Assembly (NCBI RefSeq): GCF_902652985.1 | Contig: NC_047028.1 | Span: 10,664,001 to 10,728,000, forward strand | DNA length: 64,000 bases | Reading direction: 5' to 3' | From: Pecten maximus | Taxonomy: Eukaryota | Part shown: one piece after another, positions 25,435-36,372 of the stretch | Numbering within the stretch: position 1 is the stretch's first letter | Layout of the letters: each line of letters opens with the position of its first letter | Program-made: the position numbers and the translations under genes | The notes under the pieces: model-generated | Databases searched by the model: none | The model's input: only the letters and a program-made list of their open reading frames with translations | Told to the model about the DNA's origin: nothing

Positions 25435-27321
25435 CATAGAAAGTACAGTATATATGAGAAAAAGAAAAAAAAAACTGCCCCTTAAACTTATTCAGTGTCG
25501 TTTGTTATCAAGTTTAGTTTAAATGTGATTTGAAAGCTAAAAAGATGTACCAATGGAAGGATCTTAGTATTGATAAAAAAAGATCTTCAGCAATTTTCGG
25601 AAGATAAAAAACAGCGAGCCACGTGGTAAAATAATTTACCCAGCTATTTTAGATACGGAGAAGGACAACATTAACTTTCGACTACTCATACAAAATGAAA
25701 GTACAGCTGTAGTTTCCTTATATTTGAAGTCCTTGACTAAAGGATGTGATCGTAAATACTTCCTGTTTTACTCACTGTAGTTATTTATACGACATATGTT
25801 TCCCGTTCACAAATAATTCATCATGTACGATATTTTACTTATCATTTCCAAGTGTCTATATATATCACCCACTGTACTTGGTAGATAATTTATAATTTAC
25901 GAAGTATATTTACTTGTACATCCTGTCTATTGATTGATATAGGAATTGTTTCGGTATATATAAACTTACCGTTAAGTACTGAAAAAAATAAACGATATAA
26001 ATTTGAACTCTCATGTGTACTTGTTTTTAAATTTACGATATACATAATTTTCAATATGTGAAACATTCCGATCTATAGCCCATTTATCTTGGAACTTTTG
26101 GATAGATTTAAAATGATATACAGTTATTTGTTACAACGGCTTTGCCACCCCATACAAGCATTCGTATGTTGTTTTCCTGTTTAATTTTATCTTTGTCCAC
26201 TGTTAATGTACAGAGAATCATACACCGAGATCCCTTTTAGGGTAACATAACTATTTAAAATTATTACGATATCATGACGTGTAAAGATCAATTTACCTAA
26301 TTATCCGTCAAAATAAATCATTTCTACAACACCAAATTATATAAATCTAGCAGTCATATCAAATTTTTGTGCGGGTATTTTTTTTACGGCTACTGATTTC
26401 GGTATAAACGTTGTCTTGTTCCAGATTCTAGTTTTTTAATGGTTTGGGTAGACAGGTACCTGTCTCTAGAATATACAAATTATACATAGATTCAAGTTTT
26501 ATGATTTTCGAACTAGGGTGCGATTCTAGATTATCTGCCATCTAACGAATTCAGTTGGCATTTTCTTTCCAACAGTATGGGAATGTCGACCTGTCTGGTT
26601 TTATAGTTTAGGATTAATTTGTCCTATTGGTGGAGACTACTACATGTTGTAATGATCGAGTACTAAACCTCAGTTCGGGATGATTAGAGAGGTATCTTGT
26701 CCTTCTGGCTACAAGAACATGTGAGCTTATTACCGATAAATGAACTCATAATGACATAATTAACACCAATCTATCAGATAAACTATAGACATCAATATCC
26801 TTAAATGTAAGATTTAAGAAAAAAAACTTCTTCATATACTTTATCCTATTAAAAGTTGTTATTTCCATATGCATTGTATATATTGTGTTACATTTCCAAG
26901 TATCCAAATAATTTGATTGTCATAACTCTATTTCCAAGTATCCAAATAATTTGATTGTCATAACTCTGTCTTCTTGACGTCTGCTTCTATGTAGGAGACA
27001 GGAAATTAGTTTTTTTACCGTTGTTTTATTTTCGATGATTTTGTGCACTCCCGGTGTCTTAATGACGTAGCAGCAAACCACCGATCCTCCAACAGTTTGC
27101 CATGGATAAAATAAGCGATACTGGAACAATACGTATGACAGGCGCAAGTATTCGTAACACCTACCCCGTTTTCGCTGAGGATATTTACAGAATTTGTTTC
27201 ATTAACCCGTTAATTAATTCGTAACAATCCAGAGCAATCCGTTGAAAGAACTCAACAATAACCTTCATTAGAATGTCAAATTCTCAAGTTTTATAATTAC
27301 GCCTGAAATGAAATTTAGATG

Positions 27322-27827
27322 TACAAGGTCCGATTGATAAGCTGTGAAGCTGTGAGCCTCATATTGAAGGATTTGAATTTTGCCGGACATATTGTATTAT
27401 TTTTCAACATACAATGTATTCCCATTTAGTAGCCATACACTTATGCCAGCGGTGTCTAAAGGGCCTAAATGCTACGTTTATATTACACTGTATTCCCTTT
27501 CTTGGCTACTCAGAAAGCCATCCTCTGCATGACTGCATGTATGACGTCGTCATCGGACTGAAAGTGGGTGCCTGAAAGATCTATTTTCAGTTTTGGAAAG
27601 AGAAAAATGGATGATAGAGCGAGATCAGGTGAATAAGGTGGACACTCAATCAATTTAAAGCCACAACAGTACATGGCAAACATGGCAACGACAAACTCTT
27701 TCACTCTAACAATAACCGATTTTGTCCATTTTGCAAAAGCCGCTTGTCTTGTTTATTTTGATTGCTACTTTGCCGATATAAACTAACCTTCAATACGAGG
27801 TTCAAAACTTATTAATCATCCCTCGTA
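27322..27827 (-). mobile_element. Internally deleted mariner (Tc1/mariner) element
   Basis: Residual transposase C-terminus PPYSPDLALSSIFLFPKLKIDLSGTHFQSDDDVIHAV (ORF 27510-27704); degenerate TIRs of the TACGAGGG...TATTGAAGG type with TA at both ends. Confidence 0.85.
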
Positions 27828-28779
27828 TATACGTGACTGATTATTGAACGCTCTATTTTCTGATATACATTGGATATTACCGTGCACGAGATCGTACAAA
27901 ATACCTTAGAATGTAATAAGTTGATATAACTATATGAATATGACAAATCAGAAAGCACTTGCGACATGTTTTTATTTCAATAATTATTAAGTTATTTTAC
28001 TAACACTAACAATGGAAATACAATTTTCGATTTATTACTGAGCGACAAGTTAAGCACAACAAAATAAAATACTGTAATCATAAAAAAACTAGATAGTAAA
28101 TCTTACTCAAAATTGATCACATAAAAGGTAACATACAACCAAGTATAGTTGAATAGATTTGCATGACAAATTACAATGACTATATGACCAGAATCCGGTT
28201 CTATCAACTTTCCTTCACCTAAGGAACTCTCTTATCAAAAAACAAACAAAAAAAGAAAAGATAGAAAACAAATCCATAGGAAAGAATTTAGTTGGGGGAA
28301 AAGTCTTCTAGTTCAGGAATTTTCGTTTAATAATACAAGGCTTTCATATGGATAATTTAACATTACAGAAAGTCTTTAAGATAAGGTGAAGCTTTAAGAT
28401 GAAGCTGGGACTAAATGTTCCGCAAGCGTAAGCGTTTTATACTTCAATAATGACAACCGAAACGCAAATCCACAAATGACGTGATATAGGTAATAAAAGG
28501 TTTGTAGTACAGATCAATAGTTTGTTGTTATTAGATAAACTTTAACATTGTATGTAACACGTTGATGCAGTTTGTTGCAATGATTATTTAACAGAGTAAT
28601 CGTTTTTTTTATAACCTTATCTTAACTGATCCTTCGTTAGCAAACCTTTTTGAAGCACCCTCCTGAACAGTCACTCACGTTGTCAGAACCACGAAGATTT
28701 CTAGCTATATTCCTTTATAAATTTAATCCAATTAAGGAATTTCTTTTTCTTCAGTTAGACCTCCAAATAAGTTTAATTA

Positions 28780-29007
28780 CTGTAAACGTGGTTATTTTCG
28801 CGGTGGGTTAATTTCGCAATTTCAAAATGTAAACTATACGCGTGGGGTACTTTTCGTGATCGATCAACCTTCGTTTGTAGTTCGAGACTTCGTAAATAGA
28901 TATTACATGTAAAATGTAAACTATACGCATGGGGGAAATTTTCGCGAACAAAAGGACTCCGCTTAATTAGCGTATATTCCCCCTCGCGTAAATTTCCACG
29001 TTTACAG
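28780..29007. mobile_element. MITE with TA target duplication, downstream of TIR-BIR copy 1
   Basis: TA-CTGTAAACGTGG ... CCACGTTTACAG-TA. Confidence 0.85.
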
Positions 29008-29140
29008 TAAATAAAAATGAGGTGATTAATAAACTTTGCAAATGAAAAACATATTTTAAGGTATCACGCTTTTGTTGAAACCAAACAGATATGAACAATA
29101 ATGAGAATGAGATATCCTAATTTCACAATTCTGAGAATAA

Positions 29141-30802
29141 TTACGACTTGGATTGTGAAGGAGGAAATAAAAACACATTTTCATGTTTGATTAAACGATT
29201 ATCCAGTTTTTTTATCATAAACGACACTACCGTTCTCGGAGAGGCATGAGCTGCAGTCTGCAGAATACTATCGATATAGTCCATGCCTTTGACAGACGTC
29301 ACGTGTGCACAAGATGGTGAGAGCCAAGCATGCGTTGCCATCACATTTTGACCATGCTTTATAGAGGTCAGTACCAAACCACACGAATAACACGTAAAGG
29401 CATCACCACACCCCGTATAGTTAAACCCAGCCTCTGCTATTTCATTGATCAGCTTCTGTCTATCAAACGACTGTGCGCTGCCTTCTGGCATTTTTTCAAG
29501 GGAAAATGATTCAAATGATTTTACTCTAGCTTCAAAAGTCCTATACGTCTCATTAACAAGATTTTTGCCCTTTCGAAATGACGTTTTTGCATTTTTGATA
29601 AAATCGTCTGTCTGATTCTGCCTGACAAAAGGACACAGCTGATTGAGTGCAGCATGCGTGACCCAGGGGTTGTCATCCTGTCGCCAGCTGATCACGAATC
29701 TTCCACATGCGAAACAAGTAGTAAACAGAGGTGCCCCACTGAAGAAAAATCCTGCTTTGGCAAGTGATTCTGTCTTTGGAACCAGATCATTTTCATGGAA
29801 TACCGGAAATGAATCATATCGCGTTTTTTCGTCGGCATAATCAGGGAATTTGATGGCATGGTTCGGTGACTTCTCGGTAGTGATCTGGTACCTTGTTTTA
29901 ATCCATAACTGTCTGATGTAATCCTGATCAGAAAGGCGACCGTTTAACGTGCACCCGAGAATAAAAACTACTCCTGCCCGTCGGAGAGTAGAAACGTCCA
30001 TTATATTTCCACAAAGAGAAGCGAAAGCACTATCGAATTCCGTAAGGTCAATATTAGTTTTGATTGTATCTTTGTCGTAAATTAGACTAACCGTTGTATT
30101 GGGTGTACATAACATAGAACATTCGCCGCACACTTTAGTAATACCCAAAGAACTATGTTTCTGACTGTGCTTTAGAAATTCGTCCATATCTATACGAAGG
30201 ACTTCGCTATTAATCTCCACGATGACACCATAAACGTTGAACAACATCAAAGGAAGATCCAAGCCATGCTGATGTAGGCTTTGTGTTACATTCGTAGCCC
30301 CAAGAAAATGACTAAAGGATGGCTGCTTGTAACGTAAATGCCGTATCAAGTGTACCTGCCATCCATCATGTTCGGAATCTACTATCTTTGTAGATGCAAG
30401 ACAGGCCAGGTCATCTTCAAGGAAAAGAGAACTGTTTAAACGCAAACAAACAACGTTGCTTTTCGATACCCGACGTAAAGCTAATGATGGAAAGTATGAG
30501 AGGATGGAGTGATTTCTAAATGGAATAGACAGCATGAACAGAATTTTATCAGTATGATCTAAAAGATATTCAAAGTTATGGAATATTCTCTGTTCTACAA
30601 AGTTGTCTTCAAGTGTGAAACATTCTATGCCGTCGTCTGTTAAGAGGGGCATCAACTCCTTTTTGACAAACTCCAAGTCATGGTCATGATAAACGACGAA
30701 TACCTTAGGCCCCCGAACGTCAGCTGGAAGAACTAAGGCGGTGCTATCCTCAGGAGAAAAACTTTCCCTGTTTACAGGTAAAGACGAAATATATGACCCC
30801 AT
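29141..30802 (-). CDS. TIR-like domain plus two BIR domains (IAP-family fusion protein), copy 1, 553 aa, single coding exon
   Basis: aa 33-158 TIR-like (VFVVYHDHDLEFVKKELMPLL..GIECF..DNF...IFHNFEYLLDHTDKILFMLS). BIR1 has C363-C366-H383-C390 and BIR2 has C471-C474-H491-C498, both with Cx2Cx16Hx6C spacing and RxxSF and AxAGF motifs. MGSYIS start preceded by an in-frame stop; splice acceptor at 30846-30847. Confidence 0.9.
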   Translation of the reverse strand: MGSYISSLPVNRESFSPEDSTALVLPADVRGPKVFVVYHDHDLEFVKKELMPLLTDDGIECFTLEDNFVEQRIFHNFEYLLDHTDKILFMLSIPFRNHSILSYFPSLALRRVSKSNVVCLRLNSSLFLEDDLACLASTKIVDSEHDGWQVHLIRHLRYKQPSFSHFLGATNVTQSLHQHGLDLPLMLFNVYGVIVEINSEVLRIDMDEFLKHSQKHSSLGITKVCGECSMLCTPNTTVSLIYDKDTIKTNIDLTEFDSAFASLCGNIMDVSTLRRAGVVFILGCTLNGRLSDQDYIRQLWIKTRYQITTEKSPNHAIKFPDYADEKTRYDSFPVFHENDLVPKTESLAKAGFFFSGAPLFTTCFACGRFVISWRQDDNPWVTHAALNQLCPFVRQNQTDDFIKNAKTSFRKGKNLVNETYRTFEARVKSFESFSLEKMPEGSAQSFDRQKLINEIAEAGFNYTGCGDAFTCYSCGLVLTSIKHGQNVMATHAWLSPSCAHVTSVKGMDYIDSILQTAAHASPRTVVSFMIKKLDNRLIKHENVFLFPPSQSKS

Positions 30803-32098
30803 AGCAGCACTGGTACTGTATGCTGGTCACTAGTCCAGGTTTTCTCTGTAAAAATATAGTATAACAATGTTTTAAACGTTTTAAACAGTGATTGGTACAA
30901 TATTTGGTAGTGTTTGAAACAGTGATTGGTACAATATTTGGTAGTGTTTGATACAGTATTTGGTACAATGTATAGTACAGTGTTTTGTAAATTGCTTGGA
31001 TCATTACATAGTGCACTGTTTGCTATCATACGTGTACAATCACTTATCAAACATTTAAAGCGTTTACATCTGCAAAATTGGCAACAAGAAATCGACTGTT
31101 ATTATAGAATACTTAAATTAATTATTTATGTATTTGTGGTTCAGTTGGTCTTGATTTAAGTAAGATTGTAATACCTAATAATTTGAAAAGTATCTGTCAT
31201 CAATATCTGTTAGACACATAAATTTCAAACAAGCAAAAATGTTTTCGGTTTTTGTTTTTTGTTTTTTGGTTTTCTTTCTCGTTTTTGTTGTTGTTGTCTT
31301 TTAATTCCACTTTATATTCTACGTAGCTTACATCAGCCAAATGAAAGGGAGATGCATAATATATGATGACCTTAGTCCATATGCTATCTGAAGAGTATTA
31401 ACGCCATTCATTATTATTGTAAAAAAAGAAGCTGCAGTGTCGTACAACCTCTGTTTTGAAATGCTAAATTTTAATGTATTAATCATATAAATGTATTCAA
31501 CGATACCCGGAAATTTTAATATTGTTAAAAGACGTTTATATACCAATCACATGTCATAATATGGTATCGAATGGTGCTCTTACCATTGTAAAGTCTAATA
31601 ATTGATTTTGATAATCGTGTTAGCGCAAACCCAAATGCAAACTCTTGTAGAATGTCAAGCTGGGCGTCTCTTGGTAGTTTTGACAGGCGCTTGCGATTTT
31701 TATGATTCTGCTTGTTTTTTTTCATACTGCTCGCCCTACTAAAACTAATGTATACCAATTTTATAGTGTCCCTGAAACTCTTGTGATATGGAGTATAATG
31801 ACGATATCAGAGAGAATTTCGGAATTTGATTACAGGAATATAAATTATTAAATTTGAAATTAGTTTTTGTGACTAGGCAAACTATATAGATGCACGAAAA
31901 TATCAAACACATTTTGATGAAAATTATTTAATGCATGCATTGAAATCAGATTTTTGAAAACAATACATTTAACAAATTTTTTAGAAGCAAGAATCAGTAA
32001 AGCATAGACGCCTTAATACTAAAATTTCAGTCTCTTAATAACTAGTTTTGTTACATCACTGACCTTATCGGTTAACTCAACCACGTTTTGTGTAAACA

Positions 32099-32121
32099 GG
32101 AAATTCCCACTCCTTTAAATA
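32099..32121 (-). promoter_or_regulatory. Putative promoter of TIR-BIR copy 1: TATA-like box and NF-kB site
   Basis: Minus strand reads CCGGAAG...TATTTAAA GGAGT GGGAATTTCC, then a candidate splice donor AAG|GTCAGT at 32064/32063. Confidence 0.5.
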
Positions 32122-33884
32122 GAAAACATAATCACGCTTCCGGTTCGGTTGACTAAACCGGCTATTGTTAAGCTTGAATTGTTCGTCGTGTATGTAGTGT
32201 ATTGATCGTCTTGGCGTATGTGTTACTACTGTAACCCTGACTGAGCGACTCGTCATGTATTTGTGTACTGTATAATTTATTATTACTTGCACAATACACA
32301 TAGTTTACCATTGACAATGCTATTAAAACCAAATTTTAGACAACTAGTTTATACCTATATCAATAGTTACCAGATAAATCAAATTTTAGACAACTAGTTT
32401 ATACCTACGTCCATAGTTACCAGATACACGAAATCCAGCTTCTGTCACGTTTGTAAACTACCGACATGGCTCCCCGGTTATTATGTCTATACCATGCCTG
32501 CTTTACGTTCAAAATAGACAGATATCTTAATATTGTACCGTAGCTAACATAGTCTTAAAGCTTGACAACATATACTTACTTTTTTGTAGCGATGTTCCAA
32601 TCCCGATTATAATGGTATGTGTTCATCCCCTCGATTATTTGGATGCCATACACCATCATGATTAAAATAATGTTAGATATTTCACAGAAGTAGAAATGTA
32701 AGGATTAAACACGGTCGATATATATTTCCTCCTTTCTCGATACAGACGTGTCACAGTCTATAGAACACAAAGGGCCTTCACGTTATGTTGACAGTAATAA
32801 TTGGCAGATAAAAATGTCGATAATGCTGAATGTTAAACCAGGTGTAACAGTGTATGACACATACAGTTTGTAAACGGCGTTGCCAGTTATATATGTATAC
32901 CCACTATACCACTCCATATACATATAGCCAGTCTCGCCTGTCCTATGGATTGCATGCATCTAAATATAAATCGTCTGTTGTTGCAGCTGTGAACTCCCCA
33001 GCTTAGATCTATGTCAATCTTATATCTTTTTAAAGAAGTACATTTTATTGTGACTATATTTTCAAAAAGAAGAATGGCCGTGAAAAATATTTTGTTTGGA
33101 ATATATACAGTGGCTATTAAAAAAAATTATGCTGAGATAATTTCATTTTTGAAACACTTCCTATTTGTAAGGAAATCCTCTGGGTACTACAGAAGGCGCG
33201 GTAAAATAAGGAACGCATGTTTTCAACACTTAATTTATTATATTTCTGTTGTATTTAGTATTAAATGATAAAAGGAAGTCAAACCATTGCATGTTTCATA
33301 TAGATGTAACATTGAAGTTTGTTTATAAGGATGATAATAATAATAATAATGTTTAGGTCAAACAAAACAGATTATGATGTTTTCCCGTCTCATATCAATT
33401 TGAAAAAAAAACAAACGCACTCTCATTAAGTACACATTTTATCTAATAGATTTGGACAAAATTAATCGTGTGCCTTATATGATAACTATCAACGACACAA
33501 TTGTATCACTCTACATCCAATAGCTGTCGCATTAGTATCTGCCTTGATAAATAGGACAGAAACAATATTTATCATTGGTATGTCTATATAGTATATTGTA
33601 GAGTAGCCTATTCTTGTATTCAATCAATAATGATTACTCTTTTTGTCGGAGGTGTAAATATTTAACTATGGTTAGTCAGAAGAGTGTATACATTCTAAAA
33701 CAATGTTATTAATGTATTTCTGTTTATAAAATTACAATATCACGTGAGCAAATACCACATGGACTGCTAGGTTTGCTACTGCAGTTCCATTTCTTCAGAA
33801 ATGTTCACTGCCTTGTTGATACTTGAATCATGAAATATATGATCATATCAAATACCCCAAATATGGATGGAATCGTCAGTGTTT

Positions 33885-35104
33885 TCAATAATTGAAGTCA
33901 ATATTATAAGTCGATGAAGTTAATGTTGATGACATTCCGATTTCAGGACTCAGGTACGTAGATGCCGTATCTGGGGATTCAGCACTACACGACGACGTCA
34001 CTTCCTTTGGACAGTGATTTCCTCCTATAGGTACAGTCAGTTTCAGAATATGTTTGAATGCCGCTTTGGATCGTTGAAAGTTTGTCACAGGAGGTACGTC
34101 TCTTCCTGTTTCTGTTGTGTTCGGCGACAGGTTACTAAAGATTTCACCAGTCATGTCCTGTGGTATAATGATGCTTAGATTACTGCTAATAGTTTGCAAG
34201 TGTCGATAAGGAAAACTATATGTGAGTTTACCGGGTATGTGGTACCCAGGCAGGTAGCCATCGTGGTTAAAGGAAGGCCTGTTTGTGTAAGAATTTGTCC
34301 CCGTGACACTATCGATACTGTCCCTCCGTCGAATACACGGAGGCAATCTTTTCTGCAATTCAGAATAAAAGTTATCCCCCCTCATATCAATATGTTTTAA
34401 TCGTTTAAAAAGTTTACTTTCTGTAAACGAACACGATGTATTTTGATGTGAAGTTGTGTCCAGAATGGTTATCCTGAAATATTTTTTGTGCTGCACCATG
34501 CTGTTAAATATATTTTCGTGAACTTTTTCTTCTGTTGAATAGTTCGGAATAAAAAACACAACATCACTTTTCTTTATGGTATTGATTTCTGCTGTAGAAG
34601 CACCTGAAAAAGAAGCAAAGAATATGCCGTAAGTCACCATGACCCGTTTGAAGTGGTTATGCCAATTACGAAAAGTTAATGCCATCTACATGGTATTTAC
34701 CTTTGACTTATGTTTAAGAAACGGCAGTGTTGTCGGATGAAGCATTCATGCAACATTAAACATATATTTATGAATATTATGAAGGTGAAATTTCATTTCC
34801 TATTGGTCTTTATATCAACAAGTTTCTTTCTTGTCACGAGGAAGCCTTTTCCTTCATATCTGACTTTGAGGACACCTTGTCTTCACAGAGTTTCAACTGA
34901 TTGATAAAGCATTTTACCTCCACCCGTTAAATCAGCAGAACAGACAACTTTAAGTGACGGTTGTGCGTAGGTCATCAGTATGTCGTACAATTTCTTAGCT
35001 GGGGAGACATCTTCATCACAGTGGCAGATGTACACTTGCTTGTCACTTCCAATGGACTTGCTATTGCCTAATGATACCAAATTTTCCACGAATGTTAAAT
35101 TCAT
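33885..35104 (-). pseudogene. Partial duplicate of the Ig-TIR receptor: only the two cytoplasmic (TIR plus tail) exons, frame intact; pseudogene or cytosolic TIR isoform
   Basis: Exons 35067-34918 and 34603-33885 are near-identical to 46089-45940 and 45625-44952. Homology stops at 35794, just before the TM exon. An in-frame ATG at 35104 would give 301 aa. Confidence 0.75.
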
Positions 35105-36019
35105 CGCTTTATAATGCAGTAATCTTTAAATTGTACAATGAGTTGCTGTTGGTTTTCAAATCTAGATGTTAAATTCAATATGAATAAATCCAAAGATTAT
35201 TTATGAAGAAATAAAAATATATCAGAAATATGAATATATCTTTTTACAAAACTTCAAGGTCAGAAACATCCTGAATAAAATAAGCATTGAAATCATGTGT
35301 AACTAAATGAAAAAAAATACCATAACAATACATTCACTAAATTCGAAGGTTTGACATAATTACAATTTCAAAATGCAAAGTAAAATAAGGCCAGATATTC
35401 ATTTTGCACAACTCAAATTAAGATATTGAGTGTTTTATAAAACTTAAAGCTACGAAACCATTAACACTGTAATGTGTTTGTTCCGCTTGCCCATTTTGTC
35501 CCCTTATCTGAATTTCCAGTCTTTGGCCCCTGGAGTAATTGACGTGTTAACAAAAATAAAATACCCGTGTGATGTACAGGAATTTGAAGTATATTTTGGT
35601 AAATATATGGCATGTATCTATTGCTAATTTCAAATTTAAATATTTGCGCTATCTTAGCAAGGAACTGCCTAGAGTTGGAATTATGAGAAAGATGAATGTC
35701 AACAAAGGTAGTTTTAATGATTGCTTGTTTTTGTTTGATGCGTTATCTTAACCCCATTTTATTATTTATTTATTTTTCTGAATTGCAATACTCTAGATTA
35801 TATACTCCAATATTGTTTGCAACACATTTATGAAGTTTGTCGCCAAGATTATGCATATATATTTACCAGAGTAATTGATCTTTCTTTGGTAAGCCTTTTT
35901 GAAGCACCCTGAAAGGTCACTCACGTTGTCAGAGCCACGAAGATTTCTAGCTAAATTACTAAACCAAATTCAATTAAAGATTTTCTTTCTTCAGTTAGAC
36001 CTCCAAAGAAGTTGAATTA

Positions 36020-36243
36020 CTGTAAACGTGGTTATTTTCGCGGTGGGTTAATTTCACGATTTCAAAATGTAAACTATACGCATGGGGGTAATTTTCGCGA
36101 TCGATCCACCTTCGTTTGTAGTAACACTAAACAATCGAACTTGAACTTGTAAATTATACGCGCGGAGGAAATTTTCGCGAACAAAAGGAGACTCCGCTTA
36201 ATAAGCGTAAATTCCCCTCTTGCGTAAATTTCCACGTTTGCAG
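36020..36243. mobile_element. MITE with TA target duplication, downstream of TIR-BIR copy 2
   Basis: TA-CTGTAAACGTGG ... CCACGTTTGCAG-TA; same insertion site as 28780-29007. Confidence 0.85.
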
Positions 36244-36372
36244 TAAACAAAATGAGATGCTCAATAAATTTTACAAATGAAAGAATTATTAAGTACCACG
36301 CATTTGTTGAAACCAAACCGATATGAATAATAATGAGAATGAAGTATCCTTGTTTTACAATTATGAGAATAA

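Larger units (their letters stand above)
28645..35794. repeat. Segmental tandem duplication, copy 1 (TIR-BIR gene plus receptor cytoplasmic exons)
   Basis: 28645-32967 aligns by eye to 35894-40161, and 33338-35794 to 44364-46793. Confidence 0.92.

Noticed and set aside
30750-31159. Short ORFs overlapping the TIR-BIR 5' region (also 37982-38403)
   Set aside because: They arise from a ~34-bp intronic tandem repeat upstream of the acceptor; low complexity and no domain.
34604-34917. Stop-codon readthrough or selenocysteine at the TGA ending ORF 34883-35104, or a separate gene starting MALTFRNW
   Set aside because: A phase-1 GT-AG intron (34917-34604; 45939-45626 in the full gene) with a strong pyrimidine tract joins the two ORFs and restores a continuous TIR domain.
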